Positions 46,101 through 57,303 of a stretch of DNA of 64,000 bases are shown here, one piece after another. Both the position numbers and the translations under genes were made by a program. The notes under the pieces were generated by a model, which saw nothing but the letters and a program-made list of their open reading frames with translations, was not told the DNA's origin and made no database searches. This stretch comes from Hyaloraphidium curvatum SAG 235-1 (lineage: Eukaryota; Fungi; Monoblepharomycota), in assembly GCA_025558095.1 (NCBI GenBank), contig JAIVFI010000041.1:124001-188000 (forward strand), read 5' to 3'. Positions within the stretch are counted from its first letter, which is position 1, and the number at the start of each line of letters is the position of its first letter.

Positions 46101-47692
46101 AACTTTTCCATAGCATCCACGAACGAGAACACCTGCAAAGGGGGGAAAACAGTCAGCACCGAAGCGCTCGGAACCCGCACCCCGATCAACGCACCTCTCC
46201 GTTGGTCAGCTTCCCGTACTCGTTGCCCTCCTCCATCCCCTCGGCAACCTCCACCAGCCTCTCCTTCTCCTTGGGATCCGTCGCCATGACGCTCAGCGCC
46301 TCGAGGAAGCTCCGCGTCGCCAGACCCTGCAGCTCGAGCTCCTCGGCCAGCAGCCTGCGCACGGTGGTCGTGTGGCCCTGCGAGGGGTCGTCGACGCTCG
46401 TCACGCGCACGGACGAGTCGATGGTGGTGCCGCCAGGGAGGAGGATGGCGTTGTAGGCGCGGTCGACGAGCGCGGGGGGGTTGGTGGGCGTCACCTGAAG
46501 TGGGACAAACGGTGATCAGTCGATGGTGGGGCCCAATGAAGGGAAGGAGACGCACGAGGACGTGGCCCGCGACGGGGTAGCCGTCATTGGCCTCGATCGA
46601 CACCAGGCGGATCTCCTTGGCGGTGCCAGGCTTGGAGAGGACCTCGTTCGTCTTGACCGTCGCGGCCTCGAAGCCGGGCAGCGCGGCGGGCGAGAGGGCC
46701 GCGCCGGGGGCGGGCTGCACGCGGAACGAGACGGGGAGCGAGGCCGAGGTCGTCGCGGTCTGCCCGAGGGCGAACCTGGCCGATGGGAGAAGGAGATCAG
46801 CGATGATTTAAGGCGGGCTAACAGCGCGATGACGCACCAGATCGACTTGACGAACGGCCTGAAGGCGGCCTCGTGCCCGCTGCTCGAAAACTCGTCGCCG
46901 AAGCCGGCCGGCACGAGCTGCTTGGCGCCGAGCTCCTTCATGCGGGACTCGAGCCTCTTTGCGGCGACGTTGAAGTTGTCCTTGTTGGCCTTGTTTCCGA
47001 GGCCAAAGACGGCGAACTTGACGTTCTTGAGCAGGTGCGAGGCGGTCTGGGTGTCGGCGGACTCGAGGGCCTTCCAGAACGAGAGGGCTGCGAGGGATGG
47101 GAAGCGTTGATGGTGAGCGGCAGGCATCGGCGGTGATCAGGGGGAGGCGCCCACCGTTGTCCGGGAATTCGCCTGCAGGTGCATGGAAAAGGTGGGAGAA
47201 AAGGAGGACGGTTAGGTTCCGTTCGGCACAGCTGCAATAGCGGCACGACAAACCATTGTAGAATGTCGATGACATAAGGACGACGGTCCCCTCCTGCGAC
47301 AGGGCCGAGATGACGCCGCCGCGGGGGCCGGCCTGGGCGACAAAGTCGGCCATGCTCGAGACCCTGACCGCGATGCCGCGTGCCTTGGCGAACGAGGCGA
47401 GTACATGTGCGAATGCCTGCGTATTGCCGGTTTGCGATCCGTAGAGGACGAGCATGCGCGACGAGTCCTGCGGGCTTCCTGCGGGGGCGGCGGACGCGAA
47501 CGTGCGCGGGGCGCTCGTCTGGAAGGCGCGCACGGCGGCGGCGGTCGGGGCGCGGGCGAGGCGGGCGGGCGCGGGGCGCGCGCGCGGGACGGCGGCGGCG
47601 GGGCGCGCGGCATCCGCGGCGGCGGCGAGCGGGGCCGCGCGGGACGTCGCGCGAGACGCCGCGCGGGCCGAGGCCGACGACTTCGTCAACAT
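43144..47692 (-). CDS. hcp: Fusion: mitochondrial-type presequence + flavodoxin + FNR-type FAD/NAD(P)H domain + hybrid-cluster protein (Hcp), about 12 exons
   Basis: Flavodoxin: [38 protein letters not shown] domain: [35 protein letters not shown]. Hcp: [74 protein letters not shown]. Confidence 0.92.
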
Positions 47693-48204
47693 GGCGGCGC
47701 GGCCAGGAGAGAGAGGGGGTTGTGATGGAGGCGGCGGTCCCCGCCCCCGGCCTTTTGACTCGACGGCCGATCCTCATCCCCAGACCAAGTCACATCCGAG
47801 CAAGGAGGACACAAAAAGTGCACAGAAAGAATTTTCCTGCCCCGGAGCTAACGCAGAATGTCTCCAGGATTCCACTGCCGGACGGAAGGCTGGCGTTATA
47901 CGTTTGATGCAGCGTTGAAATGCTGGGGTGTTTGACGCCCTCACAGCCACTTCTGATCGGCGGGTCGGCGGCCGCGCGAGGCCTTCAACTGACCTCCGTT
48001 TCGTCGTCCTAGGAAATCGGGAGTCACTTGCCTTGCTCTATCAGTGGCTTCACGTGGTTGCTGCGCAGAAGCCCCGTTCCCCGGCTTGTTTGTTGGGCAA
48101 CCCAGCGGTCGCCGCGCGGGTGGATCCGACACGTCATTCCGTCATTCCGAAGAGATACTTATCTTCATCGCCCTTCAAACGCTCTCGCCGCTCCCGCCAT
48201 CTCG

Positions 48205-49056
48205 ATGAACCGCAAGAGCCTGTGGGGCGGCTCCCTCCGCGTGCGCCGGCTCAAGCCCGCTCCCTGGCCGCCCGGCCGCCCCCGCCCGCGCCTGGTGCTT
48301 CCGTGGGAGGTGGCCGCGATAGTGCTGCGCTTTCTGGACCCCGCGTCGGTGCTCTCCGCCGCCCGCTCGTGCCGCATGTTCCACGACGTCGTCGGCTCGC
48401 GGGAGTACGACTTCTGGGATTCGTGGCTCCGCGCGCCCGCGGGCAACTTCGGGCTCGAACGCCGCCGCGCCTGGGACGCCGCCGCCGCGCTGGCCGCCAC
48501 CTTCACCGCCGTACCAGCCGAAATACGTGTGCCGGTCGCCGTGGCCCAGCTGGCCGCGAAGAAGTGTCAGTTCTGCTGCGCTTCACCCGGGATCCCAGTC
48601 GCGCCCTGGGGATGGAGGTGCTGCAAGGGTACCCACGCGGTTTGGGAGCTCCCCTGGGGCCTCGGCAAGAAGCACATGGCGGGCTTCCCGGCCGGCAAGA
48701 CGAAAGCTTTCTCCAAGGTCCACAAGCACCGCATCGAGTTCGAGGTCTACTCCAAGTTCACCGTCGAGCAGGCAGCGAGACGCCTCTGGGAGGTGCCGGA
48801 AGGAGCCAGCCTCGGGGAGCGCTACAAGGAGGGCGCCTGCAGGCGCAAGGCGCTGATCCGGACCAAGCTCGAGGAGAGGAAGCTTCTGCACTTTACGCAG
48901 CGCGTTTCCAAGATCGCGTTCGCCAAGATGCGGGAGCTCGAGCTCGGTGCGCCGTGGAGCGAGGTGGAGAGGTGCGTCGACGAGGCCGTGGACGAGTGCG
49001 AGCGGCACATCCGGGAGAAGAGGGCGGCGAGGCAGGGCGCACCGGCGGCTGCGTGA
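48205..49056 (+). CDS. F-box-like hypothetical protein
   Basis: LVLPWEVAAIVLRFLDPASVLSAARSCRMFHDVV; a later CQFC..WGWRCC motif. Confidence 0.65.
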   Translation: MNRKSLWGGSLRVRRLKPAPWPPGRPRPRLVLPWEVAAIVLRFLDPASVLSAARSCRMFHDVVGSREYDFWDSWLRAPAGNFGLERRRAWDAAAALAATFTAVPAEIRVPVAVAQLAAKKCQFCCASPGIPVAPWGWRCCKGTHAVWELPWGLGKKHMAGFPAGKTKAFSKVHKHRIEFEVYSKFTVEQAARRLWEVPEGASLGERYKEGACRRKALIRTKLEERKLLHFTQRVSKIAFAKMRELELGAPWSEVERCVDEAVDECERHIREKRAARQGAPAAA

Positions 49057-49249
49057 CCTAGGCCGTGGGGCGAGTCTCTTTCAGTCGGATCACATTCGGC
49101 ATTCTTTTTCGATGTTTCCCTCTGCGATCGATCGATGAACTGCTGCAATCTTGATCATTGAGGTTCTCGATGACAGGGCATTCTATGGGTTCAAAACTTG
49201 TTTCCGAAGAAGCCATCCCGCGATCACTCGGCCACCTCGCTGCTCGCCC

Positions 49250-50319
49250 CGTTCTCCTGCACCGCGATCCCCAGGACCCACGGGATGTCGGCGTACCGCC
49301 CGTTCGCCAGCGAGAAGTAGTCCCCCGGCCAGATGAGCTGTCCCGGCGATCAGCACTCCTTCCCTCGTGCGAAACGTTAAGCCCACCTTGCCGATCGGGT
49401 AGACGTAGCCGTTGCCCGTTTGCACGGGCTCGGAATCGTAAACGGGCGCCGAGTTGGCGAGGTAGCTTTCGCCTTCCTCCGCTTTGGTGACGTGAATCCT
49501 TACAGAAAGTCGATCAATGCGCCGCGGAGCAAGGGACATCGAGGGACCCACGACGAGTAGCCGTCCACGCAGCGGAGGTAGGCGTCGCCGTCGCCGGCCG
49601 AGACCTCCTCGGGGAGCAGGTAGCTGCCGTTCAGGACGTGGTAGGTCACCACATGCTTCCAGAAGGGGTTGGCGTAGGGGTCTTGGAGGATCCTGGCGTA
49701 GGTGATGTTGTCGAACATGACCGAGAAGGCTTTTCGCGAACGAGGCGTCCGTCAGTGAAGGCGTCACCAGACTTTTGCAGAGGCCAACCTTCGTCGGTGG
49801 GTGCCAGCACGGTGTAGTTGCCCAGCGGCTCCACCTGCTGGCGCCTCGCGAGGCGACGCCTCACCACCTCCTCGGGCCCGGGAGACACCGTGGTGCCCTC
49901 GGGGAACCCAGCGAGCAGCGGCCAAAAGTCGTCGTACCTGCGGGAAACGTCAGCACATGCTGAGGCACGGGAGCTCAGGTAACCCACTGGGAGAGGAGCG
50001 AGCTGAAGACCACGAAAGACCCGTTCGTGGAGAGGTAGTCGTAGACCGACGTCGTGCTCACGCCCGTGGGCTCGGCTGTCGGTTCGGCGGTCCCCGTAGG
50101 CCCTTCGGTCGTCGTCCCCGTGGGCTCCTCGGTCGTGGCGGACGTAGGTTCCTCGGTCGTGGTGGCCGTGGGCTCATCGGTGGTCGCGGGGGAAGAGGTC
50201 GTCGACCCGAGGGTGACCGTGGTCGTCGACGTCGGACGAGTCGCCGTTAGGGTGTCGTACTGCGCGGCCGCGACGGCGGCAAAGGCCAGGAGCAAGACGG
50301 CCACGTGGCGGAGCTTCAT
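49250..50319 (-). CDS. Secreted fasciclin (FAS1) domain protein with Thr-rich repeats; 3' end approximate
   Basis: Signal peptide MKLRHVAVLLLAFAAVAAAQ; YTVLAPTDE (H1), VVTYHVL (YH) and TGNGYVYPI (H2). Confidence 0.8.
50060..50190 (-). repeat. Imperfect 24-bp coding tandem repeat (EPTxTTTE) in the FAS1 gene
   Basis: Translation DEPTATTTEEPTSATTEEPTGTTTEGPTGTAEPTAEPT. Confidence 0.7.
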
Positions 50320-50402
50320 CTCGGCGCGTGAGGGGTGTGGACGTGTTGCCAAGTTTTGTCGAATTGCTGTGAGGTGGCTTTCGATCGTGGCCTGCAGCCA
50401 AC

Positions 50403-53310
50403 TCAGCGCTCTAGCAGCATCTCCTTCTCCAACCTACCAACTGCAACGATGGCGAGGCGCTGGAAGGGCATGATGCGGGGCCGTTCGAAACGCCGCCGCC
50501 GCTGCGCCGGGGCAAGCGACACGTCACCTACGAGCTCCGGATCCACGAACCCGGGAGCCTCACGGAGACCCACAAGCTGCGCTGCTTCCTCGCGATGGAC
50601 GACAAGGTGGATTCGAGGGAATGCCACGCCGCGCAGGACGTCATCATCGAACATCCTTTCCCCTCCCTCCCCTCCTTCCCCTTCCCTCTTCCCCCTCCTA
50701 CTGCTCCGCCGCTTGCCAAAAGAAAAGCCTTGCCGTATCACAAGAAGGCGTGCAAGCCAAGGGAGTGAATCGGAGGAGTCTTCGGGATCGCGGTTCGGAC
50801 GCCTCGAGCGGGCTTCCAATGGACCATGCCACACGCCGCGAGCGTTCGACGGACCGACAGCCTGTTGCGCGAGCTTCCACATCACCTTGCAACTCGAATT
50901 CGATTCCTTTTTCGTGGCCCTTCCCGTCTGCTCCATCCGATCGCACGATCCCAACGACCAGCGCGGTTCACGCCCTCACCCGCGACATCTGGATGTCCGC
51001 CCTCTGCATCACCAGCCTCGCCAGCGGCTCCTCCCGCCGCTCCTCCTCCCCCTCCCCATCCCCCAGCGGCGACCCCGCATCCACTTCCGCACCCGCCGCC
51101 TCCTCCCCCCCGAACCTCACCGTCCTCCTCGGCCTCTCCCCCAGCCCCAGCTCCGCCAACCCCGCGATCGGATCCCCCTCCCCCGCCCCTTCCCCCGCCA
51201 GGCACGCGAAGCACGCCCCCTCCGAGGGCTCCCCGTCCCCGTCCCCGCCGTGCCCGCAGAACGCCCGCGGCCTCTGGGCGAACCGCAGCACCGCCGCCGC
51301 GTCGGGGCCGAGGGGCGCCGGGTCCCCGTGCTCCTGCAGCGAGCGGAGCAGCAATGCCGCGGATTTGTACTGCGGCATCACCGATGCGTCGAGGAAGGAC
51401 GCGCAGGCGTCGACGTCGGCGTGCAGCGCGGCGTGCAGCCCGGCGGCGGCGGCCTGCGCGGAGGGGGTCGGTGCGGTGGGGAGCGAGGCGTGCAGCCGGA
51501 GGACGAGGAGGTGCAGCCATGCGGCGTGGGTGGCCGAGGCGCAGCCGGTCATGAAGAGGAAGAGGTTGGCGCCGAGGTCGCCCGAAAGGATGCGCCGGGA
51601 GAGGGCGCGGAGGAGGGAGGAGAGGACGACGGCGGAGCGGGAGGCTTCGAAGAAGGAGGGGGAGGAGATCCACAGCCGGAGCAGCGCGTCCTCGTCCGCC
51701 TTGGGGCCCGTGCGGGGAACCGCGAGGCTGCTTGCCGAGGAAACGCCCGAGGCGAGGTCGCTCCCCCCCGCATCCCCGTCGACCGCCGTGTCGCCGTCGG
51801 TCGATCCGGACCCGGCGCGCGTGGCCACGGGCCGATCGGGCCCCACGAGGTCCGCGAACGGCTCGGGGCTCACGAGCATCATGAACAGCTGCCGGATGAG
51901 CATCAGCGCCGCCATCACGATCTGCGCCGCGTCGCCGGGGAGGGCGGCCAGCGCTGCGAGCATGGCGTCCAGGTCGCCGGCGGCCGATGCGGACGAGAGC
52001 TCGGGGGGGAGCGATTCCTCGATCAGCACGAGGGCGTCCCAGAGGTGCCTGCGGCGGCGGATGGCTTCTGCGGCGAGCGGGGCACGGAGCACGCGGTCCA
52101 GCTGCGGCGGGCGCGGGCCCCGCACGTGGTGGCCGCCCCGCGTGCGCGCGTCCTCGGCGACCAGCAGGCCGATCATCGACAGGCCGGCCTCGTCGCGGAG
52201 CCAGCCGACAAACTGCGCGACCTGGTACAGGGCATGCAGCACGCCGTAGCCAATGAAGGGAGGGCCGGCGCCCCGGAAGTCCGAGTAGCTCCGGCGGGCG
52301 ACCGACTCGGCGGGCTCCTCGGCGTCTTCGAGGCCGCCCAGAGGGTCCAGGAAGCCGAGGTAGTCCCGGCAGCGGGGCGGACGCCAGTCTGCGACGTCGG
52401 CGGGGATCGGCGCCCCAGCGGGCCGCTCGGCGAGGGGCGGGATGGCGACCAGGATCATCTCTGGGAGCGGCAGCGGGGCCGAGGGGAACTCGCGGGCGGG
52501 GTCGAAGCACATGGGCGCGCCTGCGCCGGCGGCGAGCATCGACTCCATGGCCACGAGGGACCAGAAGCTGTCGCGCCAGTGGTCTTCGATCAGGTAGTCG
52601 TCGACCGTGCGGGCGGCCGAGGGCAGCTCCCGCTCGCCGGGGGTGCGCGTGCGCCTGAACATGGCGGCGAGGGTCTTTGCGATCGCACGTGCGGCGTCGA
52701 GGCGCGCCATCAGGTTTGTGAAGAAGCCGACGCACGACGAGAGGGTCAGCACGAGCGCGAGGTTCTCGACGGTGTGCAGCGATCGCGGGTCGCCGTGAGC
52801 CGCCAGCTTGAGGTTGCCGCGTTTTGCGCCCCTTGGGGGAGCGGCGGTCGCGGCCCAGAAGCGCGCCAGCTCGCGGCGGAGCAGGCTGACGAAGCGCGCC
52901 TCGAGCGCGGCGACCACGCGGCCGGCGGGCAGCGGCGACGCGGCGGCCGGGAACTCGTCGCTCTCGGCGAGTGCGTATGCGCCGGCCCACAGGGCGAAGC
53001 CCACGAACGCCGCGTGGCCGAACAGCTCCGCCCAGCGCGGGTCGGCGGTTGGGGGGGCGTTGCCGGCCATGCAGTCGACGAAGCCCGGCCGGTCGTGGTC
53101 GAGCGCGGACGTGCCGTGCGGAACGCGGTGCGCGAACGCCTCGAGCAGCGCGCGGGTGCCCGGCGGGGTGAGCACCGCGTCGGCCGCCGTCGCCGACGAC
53201 ACGGACGACGTGGGGCTGCCCACCGCCCCGCCCTCCGCAAGCCCGCGGGACAGCTCGAGCTGCGACAGGAAAACATCGAGCGGCGTCAGGCGCGCCTCGC
53301 CGGTCGACAT
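50403..53310 (-). CDS. Large hypothetical helical protein, possibly related to the fungal transcription-factor middle region
   Basis: 786-aa ORF 50968..53328 with coding-like composition (E.WRDSFWSLVAMES resembles the 'RRxFWxxxxxD' MHR motif), plus a probable 3' exon to 50403. No Zn2Cys6 cluster seen. Confidence 0.55.
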
Positions 53311-53915
53311 CGCGGCGGTCCGAAGCACCGGAACCGGAAAAGCGGGTCCGGGTTGCCGCCCGCGCGCCGGCTGACCGGTGGCGAAGAAACTTCTTTCCCG
53401 GCGCAGGCATCGGAGGCGGATGGAAGGAAAATCTAGCAGTTCTCGACTCCTCGACTGTCATTGGAATCAGTCCGCACATGGCGGCCGCGACATTCCGACT
53501 CGAGGTGCCGTTCGCGGGATGCTGACATTGGTCCCCCTACACGCCCTGTGCCCGAGAGTCGAGCGCCGGTATGCGAGGTAGCCCGTTCTCGGGGGGCAAA
53601 ACAAACCCATCTCCTTAGCTCTTGGCTGGATTTCGCGGAAGCGAATCGACGAGCTCCTCGAGGATTGGCGATTGGTTGCGGCGCTGCGGCGAGACAGTGG
53701 TCACTGCAGCTTTCCGATGGGGCGCCAGCTGTGGACGTACCGAAGAACGTATTCTATACTAGCTTGAATTTCATTCTCATTCAGTCGTTCCATAATTTGA
53801 TCTACTGTCTGGAATCGCCGAACCCGCCCCGCGCGAATTGTTGCGGGCGGGCTGTGCCGCCCCCGTTGTCTCCCCACCTCGAACCTCTCCCTCACCCGAC
53901 GCCCAAGCAATCAGC

Positions 53916-55539
53916 ATGCCCGCCTCGGACGGCACCCCCGCCCCCTTTGACGCCCTCATCGTCGGCGGCGGCATCGGCGGCATCGCGGCCGGCGCGGCCC
54001 TCTCGCGCGCCGGCCTCTCCTTTTCCCTCGCCGAGGCCGGCCCCAGCCTGGGCGGCGTGTGGGCCAAAAACACCTACCCCGGCGCGCGGTGCGACGCCAT
54101 CTGCCCGCTCTACAGCTACAGCTGGGCACCGCACGCGTGGACCGCGACCCACGCCGCGCAGCCCGCGATCCTCGAGTACCTCAAGCAGGCGGCGGACAAG
54201 GCCGGCGTCACACCGCACGTGCAGCTCAACACGTCCGTCAGGGGCGCAGAGTGGGACGGCGACGCCGGGGTGTGGCGCGTCGAGCTCGAGGGCCCCTCGG
54301 GAACGTCCGAAGCCGCCGCCCGCGCGCTGGTGCTCGCCACGGGGCTCAACAGCCGCCCGCGGCGGCCCGAAATCCCCGGCATCGCCGAGTTTGCCGGCCG
54401 CACGGTGTATACGGGCGAATGGGACAGCTCGGTGGGGCGATCCGCTCCCCCCCTCGCGCGATCGCGCCCTGATCACCCCACCTCGCAGCTGGACCTGGCC
54501 AACAAGCGCGTCGGCGTCGTCGGGACCGGCGCCTCGGGCACGCAGCTCGTCTCGGCGGCCTCGGCGCTCCCGGGGGCGGACGTCACAGTCTTCCAGCGGT
54601 CCTTCACCGCCGTGCTGCCGCTCGAGTTCCGCGAGTACTCTGCCGGCGAGATCGAGGAGATGAAGCGCGACCCGGGCAAGGTGGCCGCGTTCAGGGCGGA
54701 GAAGTGGGGGTTCTACGAGATGGCGACGGGGGCCCTGTTCGAGGGGAGCCCGCTGGTGGAGCAGATCACCGGCATGTGCAAGGCGGGCCTGGCGGCGGCG
54801 GTGCCGGACGAGGCGCTGCGGGCCAAGCTCGACTTTAACGTGGGTCTCTCGCCGATCGCGCCGGATCTCGTGCTCAACGCGGTGGTCGCAGCACCCGCCC
54901 TTTGCCAAGCGCCCCATCCTCTCGGACACGTACTACGCCGACGTCCAGAAGCCCAACGTGCACCTCGTCACGGACCCGATCCTCCGCGTCGTCCCGCAGG
55001 GCGTGGTGGTCCGCTCCCCCGACGGCTCCGAAGAGACGCACGCGCTGGAAGTGCTCGCGATCGCCGCCGGCTTCAGCTCGGCCGACTACGACCCCGGGTT
55101 CCCGATCGTCGGGCCGGGGGGAAAGTCGGTGCACGACCTGTTTGCCGAGCGCGGCGGGGCCGAGGCGCTGCACGGGACCTGCATCGAGGGCATGCCGAAC
55201 CTGTTCTGGATGATGGGGCCCAACACCTACCTGCCGCACACGGTGTTTGCGTTCGTCGAGCTGCAGGCGGATTTCGTGGTCGCCGCGCTCGGCAAGATCA
55301 AGGAGAAGGGCGCCAAGGCGGTCGTGCCCAGGACCGAGGCCGTGCGGAAGTACAACGCCTTCCTCGACGAGCAGCTCTTTGCCAAGAAGCACATCCAGGC
55401 GTACGAGGGCGTGTCGAACTGGTTCCGCTCGGGCAAGGGAAGGGGCAAGGTGACGGGGGCGTTCCCGGGCACCGGCGCGGCGCTGTTTGCGTTCCTCGAG
55501 GGCGGGCCCAAGGAGGAGGACTACGACTTCGTTAACTGA
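53916..55539 (+). CDS. Flavin-dependent monooxygenase (BVMO-like), 3 exons
   Basis: GGGIGG, GGVWAKNTYPGARCD, FAGRTVYTGEWD, VGTGASG, FQRS, CQ/KRPILSD region, PNLFWMMGPN. Confidence 0.88.
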
Positions 55540-55648
55540 AGGCGAGATGGATGAGCGTGGACTTGGAGAGCGGTGGACTTGGGAGAGCGGTGATATGGTG
55601 GCAAGCCCCTCGGATTACGATCTGAGTTTACGAATCACTCTAGTCCCT

Positions 55649-56509
55649 CTAGTCCTTCCGCTCCACCCGCAGCTGGCCCGTCTCTCCGTCCATCGTGACC
55701 TTGCCGTGCATCTGCACGTCTCCGTTGATCTCCACGTTGCCGCGGAAGATCACGCCGGGCCCGATGATCACGGTCGCCTTGCCCTTCTTCCTCGGTTCCT
55801 CTTCCTCGGCCTTTTCTTCGTCCTCCGCGTACGGGTCCTCGTACCCATCGGCCTCATCCTCCGGCTGGGGCCGGTCGTCGTTCTTGTCTGCCCCGCTGAG
55901 CCTCCTGGAGATGGCCACGGCGGCCGTGTCGAGGTCCACCTCGGCCATGCCCTCCCTCCAATCCTCGATCGCGGCGCCGGGCGGCGAAAAGTAGTTCTTC
56001 GGGCCGCCGTACCATTTGCCGTCGGCTTCGAGGGAGCGGATCGCGCCGAGCAGCTGCGCCGGGGTATAGTAGGCCGCGATCATGTCGTCGGAGCAGACCG
56101 CGACGTCGAAAGGGCGGGTGGGGCCTTCTTCGACGACGGGGGCGGGGGCTGGCTTGGTTTTGGGCTTCTCCGAGGAGGCAGAAGAGGTGGCCGCGGGAGC
56201 CGCCGAAACTGCAGACGAGGAAGGGTCTCCGAACGCCTGGGGAAGCTTGATGTCGACGCCCTTCACGCCGCCCGGGCGCAGGAATGGATTGTCGTCGGCT
56301 GCCGCGGGCCCCGCGGGTGCCTGCGCTCCCGATGTGGCATGGAGCGGGATGTCTGAGTACGCCGGCGGCAGCGAGGCCGGGGCAGCGCCCGCGAGGTAGT
56401 CGGATTCGACGGCCGGCGCGGCGGCGGGTTCCGCGCGTGGGGCGGGCTTCGCGGGGGCCGGGGGGGCCGGCGCCGAAACGGGTTCGGAGGTCGAGCAGCA
56501 GGCGCCCAT
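55649..56509 (-). CDS. Putative N-myristoylated/palmitoylated protein with a short bactofilin-like C-terminal segment
   Basis: MGACCS N-terminus; C-terminal VIIGPGVIFRGNVEINGDVQMHGKVTMDG. Confidence 0.6.
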   Translation of the reverse strand: MGACCSTSEPVSAPAPPAPAKPAPRAEPAAAPAVESDYLAGAAPASLPPAYSDIPLHATSGAQAPAGPAAADDNPFLRPGGVKGVDIKLPQAFGDPSSSAVSAAPAATSSASSEKPKTKPAPAPVVEEGPTRPFDVAVCSDDMIAAYYTPAQLLGAIRSLEADGKWYGGPKNYFSPPGAAIEDWREGMAEVDLDTAAVAISRRLSGADKNDDRPQPEDEADGYEDPYAEDEEKAEEEEPRKKGKATVIIGPGVIFRGNVEINGDVQMHGKVTMDGETGQLRVERKD

Positions 56510-57303
56510 TTTGGAGCAGGAAAACCGCGCGAATGCTGGCCGCTGTGGGGCCGCTTTTTGAGGCGGAAAATCCGAGGCGGGGACCCGCTGACGCGCCGAC
56601 CGCCATTTCACCCGCAGACGGAGACCAAATAACGTGACGGACTTCCTCGTCGCTTGCCATATAATGCGGTCAGGGGTCCGCGAGCGGAGCCGAGCACAAT
56701 TCAAGTGCGGAAACTCGAGTCAGACGAGTCCATCCGAACTGCTCGGTCGATTGCCACAGCAAGATGTGGCCGGAGCACAAGGAGACCTGCCAGCCCATGG
56801 ATTGATCGAATGTATCATATCATTGCAAAAGGTCGCAAGAGTTGGAGGACCTTCCCAAAACTATTCCAAAGACAGCGACGCCCCCACCCTTCTCCACCCT
56901 GGCTTGGCCCCACGGCGCCCTCAGCTGACCGACGCCGGCATGTCAGGACTGCTCTCCATGCCGAGTAAGAGGTTCTGTGACCGTCTGCCTCGGCCAGTAA
57001 ATGCGATCGAAGAACGAGATCCGCTTTGCAGAGATCGAGCGCGATCGGGTTTCACTTGAGCCTTCCGCGCTTCATGTCAGCCGCAAGCGGGCAGACAACG
57101 CCCTCCTCACACTAGATGGCTGCATTTCGTATATGCCGCAAATCTGAGGGTCGTGGCGCGATGTCCCGGCGACCAGATGCCCGTCTGTCCGGCGAGAAAG
57201 CCGCGGGATGCATGAGTCGGCGCTCGCTCACAACGCAAACACTCGACCGGACTACTGAATCATCTTCATCAACACTCCACATCACACATGCTACCAAGAA
57301 TCA

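Noticed and set aside
50335-53436. 1033-aa plus-strand ORF
   Set aside because: Antisense shadow of the minus-strand gene; low-complexity Arg/Gly/Pro translation with no motifs.
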